Below, piece by piece: positions 21,917 to 31,647 of a stretch of DNA of 64,000 nucleotides. The notes beneath the pieces were generated by a model that had not been told where the DNA came from, did not search any database, and was given only the letters and a program-made list of their open reading frames with translations. Position 1 is the first letter of the stretch; every line of letters starts with the position of its first letter. This DNA comes from a virus. Lineage: Duplodnaviria > Caudoviricetes. The stretch spans positions 4,825 to 68,824 of the IMG/VR virus record IMGVR_UViG_3300033121_001345; one strand, given 5' to 3'. Position numbers and translations under genes: made by a program.

Positions 21917-23137
21917 TTAATATGTTTGTTTGTATGAGTTAAACATGGATAATCCTGTACTCACTTGTTCGTTTTCTGTTTGTGTAACATTGTTGGAATT
22001 TCCTCCGCCACCTCTTGTTTGCTGTGAGCCTACAAATTTAGCAGCTTCTTCGTTAGCTACCTTTCTGTTGCTGGAGGACTTTGCCAGATTATAAACCCTT
22101 TCTCCATACTTCGCAAAAGCATAAGCTTTAGCTGCTCCTTTCTTTAATGTTCCATCTTGCTCATAAAAAAGATTAAAAATCTTTTTATTTGTAAGAGCAT
22201 CTTTGATGTCACTTAAAGAATCATCTGTAGGGTATTCCTCTGGAAGTGATGCCTTAAGTTCAGCTAATTCTCTTTCAACAGATACCTGATACTTTTGACG
22301 TGCCTGATTGGCTTTGTCAAGTTGAAGCTGTGCTTCTCTCCTAATGGATTCCTGTTGTGTTTGATACTTAACCTTTCCTAAGTTTAATACCTGTTTGAAC
22401 ATCGCATCGTCTTTGTTTTCAATCGTAACAGGAACATCTGGTATAAGTCTATTGGTTATTCTTACCTGTTCTGTTATCGGAAGTTCATCAAATGACTTTG
22501 TGAAGTCAACATCTATATTATTAAGTTCTTCTCTCCAGTCTCCAGCCTTTAATGCAACTTGCATAGCTGAAAATAATGGAGTTGGTAACATACTTAATTC
22601 TGTTTCAAGGCTGTTTAATTTAGCCTCAATTTCTTTTGCCTTTTCGGATTTTGTCTTTTGCTCGAAAGCTGATGAAAGAAAATCTTTAACCCATCCTTCT
22701 TTTGTAGTATCAACGCCAAATACCGCTTTTACTGCAACTGGAAGTGTCTCCAAGCTTGCCTTTTCAAAATTTGGAACCACAGTATCTGTTGTTCCAAAAA
22801 GACTTTGGTTTCCACTAATAAAATCTTCCTCAGATATTTGAGAATGATGTACTTGCTGGTTTTGTTGTTGTTGCTGATTTTGTGGATGAGGTTGAGGCTC
22901 TGGATTTTGTTGTTGCTGCTGAAACTGCTGATTTTGTTGTCCTGTACCAGCATTATAGTTGTCATATATTGCTTTAATTTCAGGGTCAGCAAGCATATCA
23001 GGATTTGCTTCTATTGTAGACATTAATGCAGATACCTGCTCGTCTCCTATTCCCATAATATCATTAGATATCTGGTCGATTGTTTGCGTTTCTTTAAACG
23101 CAATCTTTAAAACTTTTAGTTGTGTACTTTTTGTCAT
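21917..23137 (-). CDS. Capsid scaffolding protein (406 aa)
   Basis: Between portal and MCP; poly-Q stretch, coiled-coil character, low-complexity C-terminus. Confidence 0.7.
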   Translation of the reverse strand: MTKSTQLKVLKIAFKETQTIDQISNDIMGIGDEQVSALMSTIEANPDMLADPEIKAIYDNYNAGTGQQNQQFQQQQQNPEPQPHPQNQQQQQNQQVHHSQISEEDFISGNQSLFGTTDTVVPNFEKASLETLPVAVKAVFGVDTTKEGWVKDFLSSAFEQKTKSEKAKEIEAKLNSLETELSMLPTPLFSAMQVALKAGDWREELNNIDVDFTKSFDELPITEQVRITNRLIPDVPVTIENKDDAMFKQVLNLGKVKYQTQQESIRREAQLQLDKANQARQKYQVSVERELAELKASLPEEYPTDDSLSDIKDALTNKKIFNLFYEQDGTLKKGAAKAYAFAKYGERVYNLAKSSSNRKVANEEAAKFVGSQQTRGGGGNSNNVTQTENEQVSTGLSMFNSYKQTY

Positions 23138-23213
23138 TTTGTATAGATTTATCTCGCAAAGATTAAAATTATTTAATATAAAAACAAGTATTATCTTTAC
23201 ATAAAACTTAATA

Positions 23214-25430
23214 TTACTGTAATCCTTTAGGTATAGCTGTTTTATCCAAAAGATTCTCTACTACACCACCATCTCCTTGCTGTGCTACGTTTCCACTGCC
23301 AGATTTTATCATAGCAAGTTGCTGTGCATCTGCTGCTTCTTTGTCTTTCTCTAAAGCCGCTAACTTCATAGCCGCACCTTGTGCCTCTGCTTGTTTTTGC
23401 TGTTGTTCCTGTAATTGTTTTTGTTTTTCTCTTTCTGCTTGTATTTTTAAGTTTGTATATTCTCTTATAGCAGTTCCTATTGTATTCATAGTTGCCTTGC
23501 CAAAATACTTAGTATAAGTTGTTGAGTCTATCAGTTGTTTTTCTAATAATAACATGAGCATCTCGTTTGCAGTTTGACTTTCCTGTTTAGGGTCTGTTGC
23601 ACGTTTAATATCAACTCTAAAGTCTTCTATGTCAAAATCTCTTGTTAATGCTATAATCTTCATTCCTTCCTCTCCAGCATCAACAACAAGCTGATTCTGA
23701 TTTGCACAAAGTATTCTTCTTCCTCTGTTTGCAAATGATTCATATACGTCTAATAGTATTCTATGTACACAATAAAATACAGGTTCTTGCATTATTGTTC
23801 CTTGATTAAGGTTCTGGTCTGCTACCGATGCAGATGCTCTATACGAACCACCAGCACCCTGTAATTCAGCACCACCACCGATAACGCTGTCAGCCATCTT
23901 TTTCATCTTATCAGCAAGGTCAAACAGTTGAATTGTTCCACTTCCTATTTGATTAGTATAATGACCAACTGAGTTATTTACTGGTCCATCTATAATGACA
24001 GCTTTTCCAAGATTTACATTTCTTTGTAATTCTTCTTCTCCTCCATTTGGGTCTATAGTGTCTCTTGAAAATATAGGACCAGAGCCTCTGACATTATTTA
24101 TTTGTGATTCTCCAGTTGATAATAGTCTGTTTATAAATCTTTGAGGAGATATTAAATCATCTATTGGTGAAAGTATCTCTCCATTATCATAAGACCAACA
24201 GTAACATTTATAAGACCAATCTGGATATTGATAATTATAAGAGTATCTTGGTACAAATGGTTTTAATCCATACTCAAGTACAAAGTCTTCACTATCGTCA
24301 CTTAAGAACTCTGATGGAACAAACCTACAATATCTTAATGCATCAAGCGTAACAAGTTTAGTGTTTTTAAAGTTAAGAACCTTCTCTATCCAAAAGTTAT
24401 CCTTAGCAAGATTTTTCAGTTCAGATTCTGGTATTAAATCTTTCGATGTGTATGGTGAATCTTCACTATCAATCTTAACAAGTGCAGCGAATCCATTCTC
24501 ATCATAACATGCTCCAAATAAATCAGTCTCAAGGTCTCTCCACTCTACATTATAAACAGGTATCTTTCCATTACTTTGACCGTACTCAAAAGAAACCATA
24601 CTATGAAGTCCATTAATAGACCTTGACATAGAAGATGCATTTTCAAGCATCTGTATTTTTGTTCGTGAAATTCCAGGACACTGTTCAACAATATCAGCTA
24701 TTGACTGTAAAGACCAATCTCCCATATACTCGGAGTCTTTAAGTGATGGTAGCTTTGCTGATGTATCAAAGAAGAATCTTCTTCCATCTATAATATCAGT
24801 TACATGTCCACCAAATCTTTCAGACTCTTTTATAATACCTATACCATCTAAAACTATATGTTTTATAAGTAGTACTTTTTTGTCTTCAATGTTATTCCTT
24901 TTTACGAGTGCGTTTAGTATATCATTTACTTTTTCTACATACTCGTCTTTGTATAATGACTCAAAGGCAGCTTTATTTTCTTCCTTATCCTCTGACATTA
25001 CAAACTCTTCCATCATGGCTGGCTTGAATATCTCTGGTGCTTTTCTGTATATCTCATAAGCAGCATCAACCTTAGCAAGTGCCTTCTCTTTTCTGTCTAT
25101 AGCTTGTGTTGTTCTTGAAAATGCTTGAGCACTTATATCCATTCTTATGGCAGAACCTGTATAGTATTCTACGAATGGTCTTATTATATTTTGTATGAAC
25201 TTTATTCTGTTTCTTGATTCTCCCGATTCATCCATTAAGAACAAATCAAGGTCTTCAGCAAAAAGCCATTGGTTTCCTTTATAGAAAGCCCAGTTTATTA
25301 ATGATTTATAGACAAAGCCATACTTTTGTGTTCTGTTTACATTTCCTATGCAGTATTTTGCATAGTCAATATGGTACTTCTTGTTTTTATTTGCCTGAAG
25401 CCTGTTTGGTCTAATGTTTTCTCCGTACAT
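23214..25430 (-). CDS. Portal protein (738 aa)
   Basis: Position after the terminase region; podovirus portal features (WAFYKGNQW, DLISPQRFINRLLS, C-terminal coiled coil). Confidence 0.8.
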   Translation of the reverse strand: MYGENIRPNRLQANKNKKYHIDYAKYCIGNVNRTQKYGFVYKSLINWAFYKGNQWLFAEDLDLFLMDESGESRNRIKFIQNIIRPFVEYYTGSAIRMDISAQAFSRTTQAIDRKEKALAKVDAAYEIYRKAPEIFKPAMMEEFVMSEDKEENKAAFESLYKDEYVEKVNDILNALVKRNNIEDKKVLLIKHIVLDGIGIIKESERFGGHVTDIIDGRRFFFDTSAKLPSLKDSEYMGDWSLQSIADIVEQCPGISRTKIQMLENASSMSRSINGLHSMVSFEYGQSNGKIPVYNVEWRDLETDLFGACYDENGFAALVKIDSEDSPYTSKDLIPESELKNLAKDNFWIEKVLNFKNTKLVTLDALRYCRFVPSEFLSDDSEDFVLEYGLKPFVPRYSYNYQYPDWSYKCYCWSYDNGEILSPIDDLISPQRFINRLLSTGESQINNVRGSGPIFSRDTIDPNGGEEELQRNVNLGKAVIIDGPVNNSVGHYTNQIGSGTIQLFDLADKMKKMADSVIGGGAELQGAGGSYRASASVADQNLNQGTIMQEPVFYCVHRILLDVYESFANRGRRILCANQNQLVVDAGEEGMKIIALTRDFDIEDFRVDIKRATDPKQESQTANEMLMLLLEKQLIDSTTYTKYFGKATMNTIGTAIREYTNLKIQAEREKQKQLQEQQQKQAEAQGAAMKLAALEKDKEAADAQQLAMIKSGSGNVAQQGDGGVVENLLDKTAIPKGLQ

Positions 25431-25448
25431 CTTGTTTTATATTGTTTA

Positions 25449-26114
25449 TTAATAATCTGATTCACCAATTACTCTATCCATTAATCCAGAGTAGTCTTCT
25501 TGTGTTTCTTTTTCTCCATCGGCTTTCTTTGAACTAACAGCAAAACCACGTTCAAGTTGCTGTATAACTTTAGGAAGTGCATCTGACATCTCCACGCCTA
25601 ATTGAACGAATGATTTTCTTTCTGAAGGAGACCATGTTTCAAATAACTCAGGGTCTACGTCAACTATTCTTTCATAGTTATCAAATAGTCTTTCAATCAT
25701 AGCCTTTCCTCTTCCTCTTGCTTCAGGTGAAAACTTAGCCATTCTGTTTATAGCTATTGTTATATACTCTGGAAACTCCCATGCAGCTATCTTCTGTGCA
25801 GTATTAAACTTAAACCAATCATCACCATAGGCAGACTTTAAAGCCATTTTCATTCTTGATTGTTTGTCTGGTATTTTTGATATATCAGATGACTGACAAG
25901 CGTAATACCAAACAAAGCGTATATCTTTATCTGTCATTGATGCGAACTCTTCCATCTCAGAAAGTTCTGGATATTGAACTTTCATCTCCTTCTTGGTAGG
26001 TTCAAATATCTTGTACTCAAAGGTTTTCTTTGTAGTCTTATTACTTATACCACTAATACTAAGAAGTTCGTTTAACTCTTCTGTGTTATCTTCTATGTTA
26101 TCTAATTCTTCCAT
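25449..26114 (-). CDS. Hypothetical protein between TerL and portal (possible terminase small subunit)
   Basis: 221-aa helical ORF tightly linked to TerL; function inferred from position only. Confidence 0.35.
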   Translation of the reverse strand: MEELDNIEDNTEELNELLSISGISNKTTKKTFEYKIFEPTKKEMKVQYPELSEMEEFASMTDKDIRFVWYYACQSSDISKIPDKQSRMKMALKSAYGDDWFKFNTAQKIAAWEFPEYITIAINRMAKFSPEARGRGKAMIERLFDNYERIVDVDPELFETWSPSERKSFVQLGVEMSDALPKVIQQLERGFAVSSKKADGEKETQEDYSGLMDRVIGESDY

Positions 26115-26115
26115 A

Positions 26116-28437
26116 TTAAACAGGTACTTTTTTAATTATCAGATTGTGGTTAGCATCGTAAGAGTATTTCTTACGGAATCTCTGTGTTTTAGATTCTCCT
26201 ATTTTTTCTGGTATATATCTCTCGTGAGCTTTATAATTAATATAAGAATACAAGCCAGCATCAAGCACATCATCTTTATGGTGTCTTTTATTTTGCGGCT
26301 CATAAGTTTCATTACCAGCCTTAGTTACCTTTCGTACATATGTCTTGACTTGTTCAAAAAATCTATCACAGTTAATAGTATCACAACAAACAACGAGCAT
26401 TTCCTCAAGTTTAGTTATTAAGGCTTTTCCTGACCTACCAGGCATTTTTCGTATTCCTATCTCATTACCGCCTCCATGAAGCGTAACGTCAATCTTCTCT
26501 TGCTTTGTTAATGACTTATGAAACCCTTTATCTTTGTTATAGTTTATATACTCACCACCGACGTTAGACTCAACGAGGTCTTTTATTGGAACTTGTACGC
26601 CACCCTCGGTTCTTCCATAAAACAACTTCATAAGTATAGCCTGTAAATAACAGAATCTGTAATCCTCATATCTCATATCAATATAAGCTGATATTTCCTT
26701 CAGTAAACCATCAAATACAGCAGCACCCATATTTGAAATACCAGAAGCTGTATAAATAGGGTCTGTTCCTTGCCAATACCGATTCTTCCATGTTCTATCT
26801 GGAGGTCGTATTATAGTAACGCACGCATTAGGTGAATTCTTTATTATATCCTCATCTCCACATGCTTGAAATTTAGCACCAATTATCTTATATGGAACAT
26901 CAGACTCATCTCCATATTTAACTGACATATCATAAACAGGTACAAAATGTCCTTTTATGTATTGTAACTCTTTGCTTCTACGTTTTATCTTTATTCTCTC
27001 AATTAAAGTATTTATAGTAGCTGTGGGAATTATCGTATCACTACTTGTGAGGAACATATCGTCCTCAGTAACAGGCATAGCCTGATGAAAGTATATTTTA
27101 TGGTCTTTTTCACCAGTTTTTTGTTCCTTGCTGTAATAGTATCTCTTTTCAGATTCGTAGAACTCAAAGTCAACGCCTTTTCTGGCAAAGCAATTTAAAA
27201 ATATAGGTATTAATCCTCCAGTAAAATCTCTATCAAGCCACTTCGCCTTAGCAGCACGATACTCTTGTTCCATAGCAGCTCCTCCCTTATCCATGTTACC
27301 ACCTGTTCCCCATGCAATAACCTGACGAAGCATCTCTTGTCTTCCTGTTTCTGGATTAAACCCAAACAACGCTGGTCTACCTTCTGACATTATATCACCA
27401 AATATATCATACAGACCAATCTCATCAAGCAATACTATAGCTGGAGAACCACCATTAATACATGTAATAGTAGGAGGTTCTACCTGAAAAATACTATTAG
27501 AACCAGTAGTCTTACCTTTACCAATCTTCTTAACGAAACGTAATACTGTTTTACTGTCGCTATCAATAGAAGGAGTTAAATAACTTGGAAACTTGTCAAC
27601 TACATATTTTACCTTATCTCTGAATAACTCTTCCGATTTAACTCCCTTCTCCGCAACCATCTTTGTGTTGAAGTTTTTCCGCAACATGGTCTTTATTGCA
27701 GTAGCAGCACCAATAGTAGAGGTCATACCTATCTGTCTTGCCTTACCCATAATATAACTAAGTCCTAAATCAAACAGATATAACGCAACTTCCTGAGCAG
27801 GCCAGGCTTCATACTTCATTCCCTTTTCGTTAGTAACATTCTCATTCTTAAGAAACCCGAATTTATTTAGAGCATACAGACTGTTATCTAAGCATCGTTG
27901 CCTTTCCAACCTCAAATAATCAGCCTTTCTTTCATCTGGAGCAGACGAAATCCACACATTATCCTCAGCAATCCAGTTATACGCCTGCTGTCTATACTTT
28001 TCAAACTTATGGTATGGCTTATAATACTGCCAGCCCTCATTAAACGTATTTATCCATGTCCAGAACTCAACCTCATAGTCATGTTTTAATCCGTCTGGAA
28101 TCCAGTCCTGTTTGCTTATATTAAGTTCGCCATTATACACATACTTCTTTGACAAACCTTTTAGTCCTTCCTGTATATTAAGTATATCGTTTATTCCGAG
28201 TGATTCGCTAAAGTATGCTTCTATTGGAGAAGCTATCTCTGTGTCAAACTTTCTAAGGTTATTAGAGAAACCTAAACCCTTGTCCTTGTTTTTTAACATG
28301 GAGTCGTCCACATATCCCTGTGCCTTTAACCACAGTAACTTATCTGGAGATATCGGTATATCATACAAGTACATTCCAAGATAAAACTTGGCAACGTTTT
28401 GCTGAATGTTTACTTTATTTTGTTCGAGTATGTCCAA
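26116..28437 (-). CDS. terL: Terminase large subunit (773 aa, N-terminal extension)
   Basis: Walker A-type GKARQIGMTS, Walker B VLLDEIG, GT coupling motif, nuclease GTDP...DDVLDA. Confidence 0.92.
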   Translation of the reverse strand: MDILEQNKVNIQQNVAKFYLGMYLYDIPISPDKLLWLKAQGYVDDSMLKNKDKGLGFSNNLRKFDTEIASPIEAYFSESLGINDILNIQEGLKGLSKKYVYNGELNISKQDWIPDGLKHDYEVEFWTWINTFNEGWQYYKPYHKFEKYRQQAYNWIAEDNVWISSAPDERKADYLRLERQRCLDNSLYALNKFGFLKNENVTNEKGMKYEAWPAQEVALYLFDLGLSYIMGKARQIGMTSTIGAATAIKTMLRKNFNTKMVAEKGVKSEELFRDKVKYVVDKFPSYLTPSIDSDSKTVLRFVKKIGKGKTTGSNSIFQVEPPTITCINGGSPAIVLLDEIGLYDIFGDIMSEGRPALFGFNPETGRQEMLRQVIAWGTGGNMDKGGAAMEQEYRAAKAKWLDRDFTGGLIPIFLNCFARKGVDFEFYESEKRYYYSKEQKTGEKDHKIYFHQAMPVTEDDMFLTSSDTIIPTATINTLIERIKIKRRSKELQYIKGHFVPVYDMSVKYGDESDVPYKIIGAKFQACGDEDIIKNSPNACVTIIRPPDRTWKNRYWQGTDPIYTASGISNMGAAVFDGLLKEISAYIDMRYEDYRFCYLQAILMKLFYGRTEGGVQVPIKDLVESNVGGEYINYNKDKGFHKSLTKQEKIDVTLHGGGNEIGIRKMPGRSGKALITKLEEMLVVCCDTINCDRFFEQVKTYVRKVTKAGNETYEPQNKRHHKDDVLDAGLYSYINYKAHERYIPEKIGESKTQRFRKKYSYDANHNLIIKKVPV

Positions 28438-28456
28438 CTTGGTCTTGAGATATTCG

Positions 28457-28487
28457 CAAATGTATTTATTTTAATCGTCTTTGTCAA
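28457..28487 (-). promoter_or_regulatory. Bacteroidetes sigma70-type promoter for the packaging/structural operon
   Basis: Minus strand TTG-N20-TACATTTG, about 20 nt upstream of the terL ATG. Confidence 0.7.
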
Positions 28488-28588
28488 GCGTTTTCTTTAA
28501 GTATTAATATGATTCGTATGTTTCAGGTTTCTTTTAAAATTTATATATTTCAGAGTTGAGTATGTCAAAAAACGTACGTCAGGAGTAT

Positions 28589-28642
28589 TACCCCCTGAAT
28601 CATGCCCCACGCCTCCCGCAAAGGGGGAAACCGATTTTTCAC
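28589..28642. other. G/C-tract motif; candidate packaging/terminus site
   Basis: TTACCCCC...CCCCAC...CCCGCAAAGGGGGAAACCGATTTTTC, the only GC-rich island in an AT-rich intergenic region, next to terL where the strands diverge. Confidence 0.35.
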
Positions 28643-28654
28643 ATGTGGGAAAAG

Positions 28655-28935
28655 ATAATATTATGAATCATTATTAGTTTATTACAAATGATTTATACTG
28701 ATTATTAGTTTATATGTATATTATTAAACGTATTATATTGTGTTATTATTATAATTATGTGTTATTATTTATTATTGTTATATTGTTATTATCATTATCA
28801 ATTATTATGTGTATTATAAAATATCTGATATGTAATGTTTGTAATTGTTTATAATATATATAATGTTGGTAATGGTTTATAATGGTAGGTAATACTGATA
28901 AAGTTATTAACATTTTAATTTTATTTTGTTGATAA
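28655..28935. repeat. Extremely AT-rich low-complexity tract (ATT/TTA-rich)
   Basis: Almost no C over about 280 bp; repeated TTATTA/TTGTTA. Confidence 0.7.
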
Positions 28936-28950
28936 AATATGTTTGACAAT

Positions 28951-28982
28951 TTTGACAATATGGAACATTATTTGTATTTTTA
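28951..28982 (+). promoter_or_regulatory. Promoter variant TTTG-N20-TATTTTTA(CG)
   Basis: Bacteroidetes spacing with G>A in the -7 box; the same variant occurs at 55969-55999. Implies the true start of the next gene is the ATG at 29002. Confidence 0.5.
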
Positions 28983-29001
28983 CGTTATCAAATATTACAA
29001 C

Positions 29002-29778
29002 ATGATAAACAACATCACACTGAGTGACGAGTTGGTACAGGATACCTCTCTGTCAAACGTCGACAGCGTTAACGTGTCAAACGAACAAACTGAACAACCC
29101 GACCTGGTCGAAACGGAACTCCCTGAAACGGACGAAGTACGGTTTGAACGTTTAAAGATTGATTATGAACGTATGCGGGAAAAATCAATTTCACTTGGTT
29201 TAAAATTCCATGAAACTGAATGTGTTGAACACAACTTACTTTTTGGAACGTTCACTCCCGTTACCACCAAATGCTCCATATTGGAAGGGATGCTGACAAC
29301 TTACGGTAAAAAAATTGAAGACCACATCCAAAATTTAGGTGCGCTTGGTATTGAAGCACTCCGTGTAATGTGCGAGCATATAGTCGGTTTTACGTCGTTT
29401 GACATCGCTGATATTATGAATCAATTCGCATTAACTGACGTTAACCTTCATATTTCATTCATAGACGGTAACTGCATCTTTTCACCAAAAAATGATTTCA
29501 TCACCCCCGCCGCAAAACGTAGCAAGGAGCATGGCACTCGCACATTATCGGATGTTTCATACAAATTGAACGGTACAAAATTATCGGGAACGTCCGGTGC
29601 ATCTATTGCCGCAGAGCTCGGGTATGTTAATAAATCGGGTGCAAGTGTTAACGCATGGTTAGAAGTTGCGAAAATTTTGAAACCCGAAGACAAATTAATC
29701 CGTACGACAAGCGACGGAAGGACGGCACTGTTTAACATTTCCGAAACAAAAAAACAATCCAAACAATCTTGGGGATAA
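29002..29778 (+). CDS. First early gene, hypothetical; C-terminal small putative DNA-binding domain
   Basis: Track ORF 28939-29778; CG-rich codon usage unlike the structural arm; C-terminal SGASIAAELG...SVNAWL. Confidence 0.6.
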   Translation: MINNITLSDELVQDTSLSNVDSVNVSNEQTEQPDLVETELPETDEVRFERLKIDYERMREKSISLGLKFHETECVEHNLLFGTFTPVTTKCSILEGMLTTYGKKIEDHIQNLGALGIEALRVMCEHIVGFTSFDIADIMNQFALTDVNLHISFIDGNCIFSPKNDFITPAAKRSKEHGTRTLSDVSYKLNGTKLSGTSGASIAAELGYVNKSGASVNAWLEVAKILKPEDKLIRTTSDGRTALFNISETKKQSKQSWG

Positions 29779-29787
29779 AATCTCACT

Positions 29788-29894
29788 AAATGCAAATTGT
29801 TTCAGCGGGTATCAAATGATACCCGCATTTTTATAAGTGTTGCAAAGGTAAACCTCATACAAATGCGGTTAACTGAAGCGGTTAATATTACTAA
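29788..29894 (+). repeat. 107-bp direct repeat, copy 1 (structured gene leader)
   Basis: 105/107 identical to 30218-30324; contains the perfect hairpin GCGGGTATCA-AA-TGATACCCGC. Confidence 0.95.
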
Positions 29895-29911
29895 TCTCTA
29901 AAATCAAAACA

Positions 29912-30202
29912 ATGAATTTAACTACTATTTTACACATTGCAAAATACATATTAGATAATGATAAATCTATTATATGTATCAAAAGTTATGAAACAAATTT
30001 CTATCACATTGAAGAAAATCCTGTTCAATTAGGAAATACATTAGTTGCAAAATATTTTCCTATTATGGAAAAACAAGATTTAAAATATCCAATAAGTCAT
30101 ATTCGATTAGATTTAATTGGAATTTTACAAGGTGCTGTAGGATATCTGAGTTGGGATGAAATAAAACCTAGTTTAGAACATATTTATCGCAATTACAAAT
30201 AA
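29912..30202 (+). CDS. Hypothetical early protein (96 aa) flanked by the 107-bp repeats
   Basis: ORF track; AT-rich initiation context. Confidence 0.65.
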   Translation: MNLTTILHIAKYILDNDKSIICIKSYETNFYHIEENPVQLGNTLVAKYFPIMEKQDLKYPISHIRLDLIGILQGAVGYLSWDEIKPSLEHIYRNYK

Positions 30203-30217
30203 CTTTAGAGAGTCTGC

Positions 30218-30324
30218 AAATGCAAATTGTTTCAGCGGGTATCAAATGATACCCGCATTTTTATAAGTGTTGCAAAGGTAAACCTTATACAAATGCGGTT
30301 AACTGAAGCGGTTAACATTACTAA
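30218..30324 (+). repeat. 107-bp direct repeat, copy 2
   Basis: See copy 1; two substitutions. Confidence 0.95.
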
Positions 30325-30340
30325 CATTAAAACTAACATC

Positions 30341-30775
30341 ATGGAAAGTACATTTATAGATTATAAGTTTGTAATCGGAGAAAAAATAACAGTTGGTTTA
30401 TCTATGGAGTCTGCAAGGTTTTGGAATCTTGAATACAGAGAAGAACTAACTGTTACTGGAAATCCATTCTTTTTAAATGGAGAAGATTACGTTGGAACAA
30501 ACAAGGGAATCTTCCCAACTATATTCTTTTATATTAGAGAAGAGGCTGATGTACGAAAGGATGTCCGAAAGACTGACGTCAAAGGATTCTCATTTTGGGC
30601 AAAGCGGTTAGATACATATGCTCATATCGTAAAGATTGACTCAAATAATGTAGGCGGTGAGGTTTACTGTGGGCGGTTCGGAGCATTACTTGGAAACAAC
30701 TATGCAAGCGATTTAACATATGTTTGTCCTGAGTGTTTAGAGAAGATTCAATCCGAGGGAACAACTGTAATCTGA
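30341..30775 (+). CDS. Hypothetical early protein (probable start 30341, MESTFIDYK); C-terminal Cys motif
   Basis: In frame with track ORF 30227-30775, whose 5' part is only the translated repeat; YC...CPEC. Confidence 0.6.
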   Translation: MESTFIDYKFVIGEKITVGLSMESARFWNLEYREELTVTGNPFFLNGEDYVGTNKGIFPTIFFYIREEADVRKDVRKTDVKGFSFWAKRLDTYAHIVKIDSNNVGGEVYCGRFGALLGNNYASDLTYVCPECLEKIQSEGTTVI

Positions 30776-30784
30776 GATTTTGAT

Positions 30785-30875
30785 GTGTTGTCGTGAGGGA
30801 GCATCGGATAAAGTTGACACAAGGATTCTCTGTAATCTTAGGGATACTTCCTCCTCCGATGTTCCTACGACACAC
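30785..30875 (+). other. Long imperfect RNA stem-loop after an early gene
   Basis: GGAGCATCGGA (30798-30808)/TCCGATGTTCC (30855-30865) and TGTCGT/ACGACA pair, with an inner AGGATT/AATCTT hairpin. Confidence 0.7.
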
Positions 30876-31011
30876 TAATTTACTCACTGTTACACAGTGT
30901 TATCTTAATTCTAAAGATTCCTCCGTTATCAACGTTTAAAACGATACCTATGTTACTAACATTTCTAATGATTCTATATAGTGAAATTCTTGTATTCATT
31001 GTATTCCTTAA

Positions 31012-31143
31012 GTTTCAAACCTTTGCTTGGTTTCTTACGTTTCTAAGGTTACTTTGGTTTCAAATGTTTCTATGTTTCCTATGTTTCCTATGTTTCTTTG
31101 TTTCATAGTTTCAATGTTTCCTATGTTTCCTATGTTTCATAGT
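31012..31143. repeat. Degenerate 8-9-bp tandem array with a GTTTC core (TGTTTCCTA-like)
   Basis: About 14 GTTTC cores at 8-9-nt period. Confidence 0.85.
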
Positions 31144-31305
31144 AATTTTAACATAGTTAACATTTGATTCTAAGTGTTACAAGTAGAATACTTATGGTTA
31201 ACGTTTAATGATACTATGTTACTATTATAAGTAACGTTAAGTAATAATATAACATAACTTTTGGTACGACCAAGTGAAACCTTATAAAAATTAAAAATTA
31301 TACTC

Positions 31306-31647
31306 ATGCCTACTAAACGTATAAACCACATAGCTCAGACGTTTGAATACGTCTCCTTGTTATGTTACTCCTTGATTACCGACGGCTCGGTGAGGTCAGA
31401 CGTTGACCCTAATGCCGTGTGTTTTGAGTTGTTTCTCCTACGTTCTGAGGTTCTCGTCACGCTTCGTGAGTGTACGGTTGCCGAATTAGTTTATGCCGCT
31501 GAGATGATTCACGTCGAGTCTGACGTTCCATTGAGTGAGATATACCTTCGTCGTGTTCTCATTTCTCTCGTGATGACTCGTTTGTTTGCCAAGTCACTCG
31601 TGTTGTTTGAGTGTCCTTGCGATGATGAGACTATTGCCACCTTTTGA
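31306..31647 (+). CDS. Possible 113-aa hypothetical protein with atypical composition
   Basis: ATG with good A-rich context, but A-poor and CG-rich sequence; sits between two tandem arrays. Confidence 0.4.
   Translation: MPTKRINHIAQTFEYVSLLCYSLITDGSVRSDVDPNAVCFELFLLRSEVLVTLRECTVAELVYAAEMIHVESDVPLSEIYLRRVLISLVMTRLFAKSLVLFECPCDDETIATF

Noticed and set aside
1379-28384. Many 60-155-aa ORFs antisense to, or in alternate frames of, the structural genes
   Set aside because: Shadow ORFs overlapping long genes; no initiation context or recognisable motifs.
29788-29894. Hammerhead ribozyme in the 107-bp repeat
   Set aside because: It can form a three-way junction, but the CUGAnGA core is absent on both strands.
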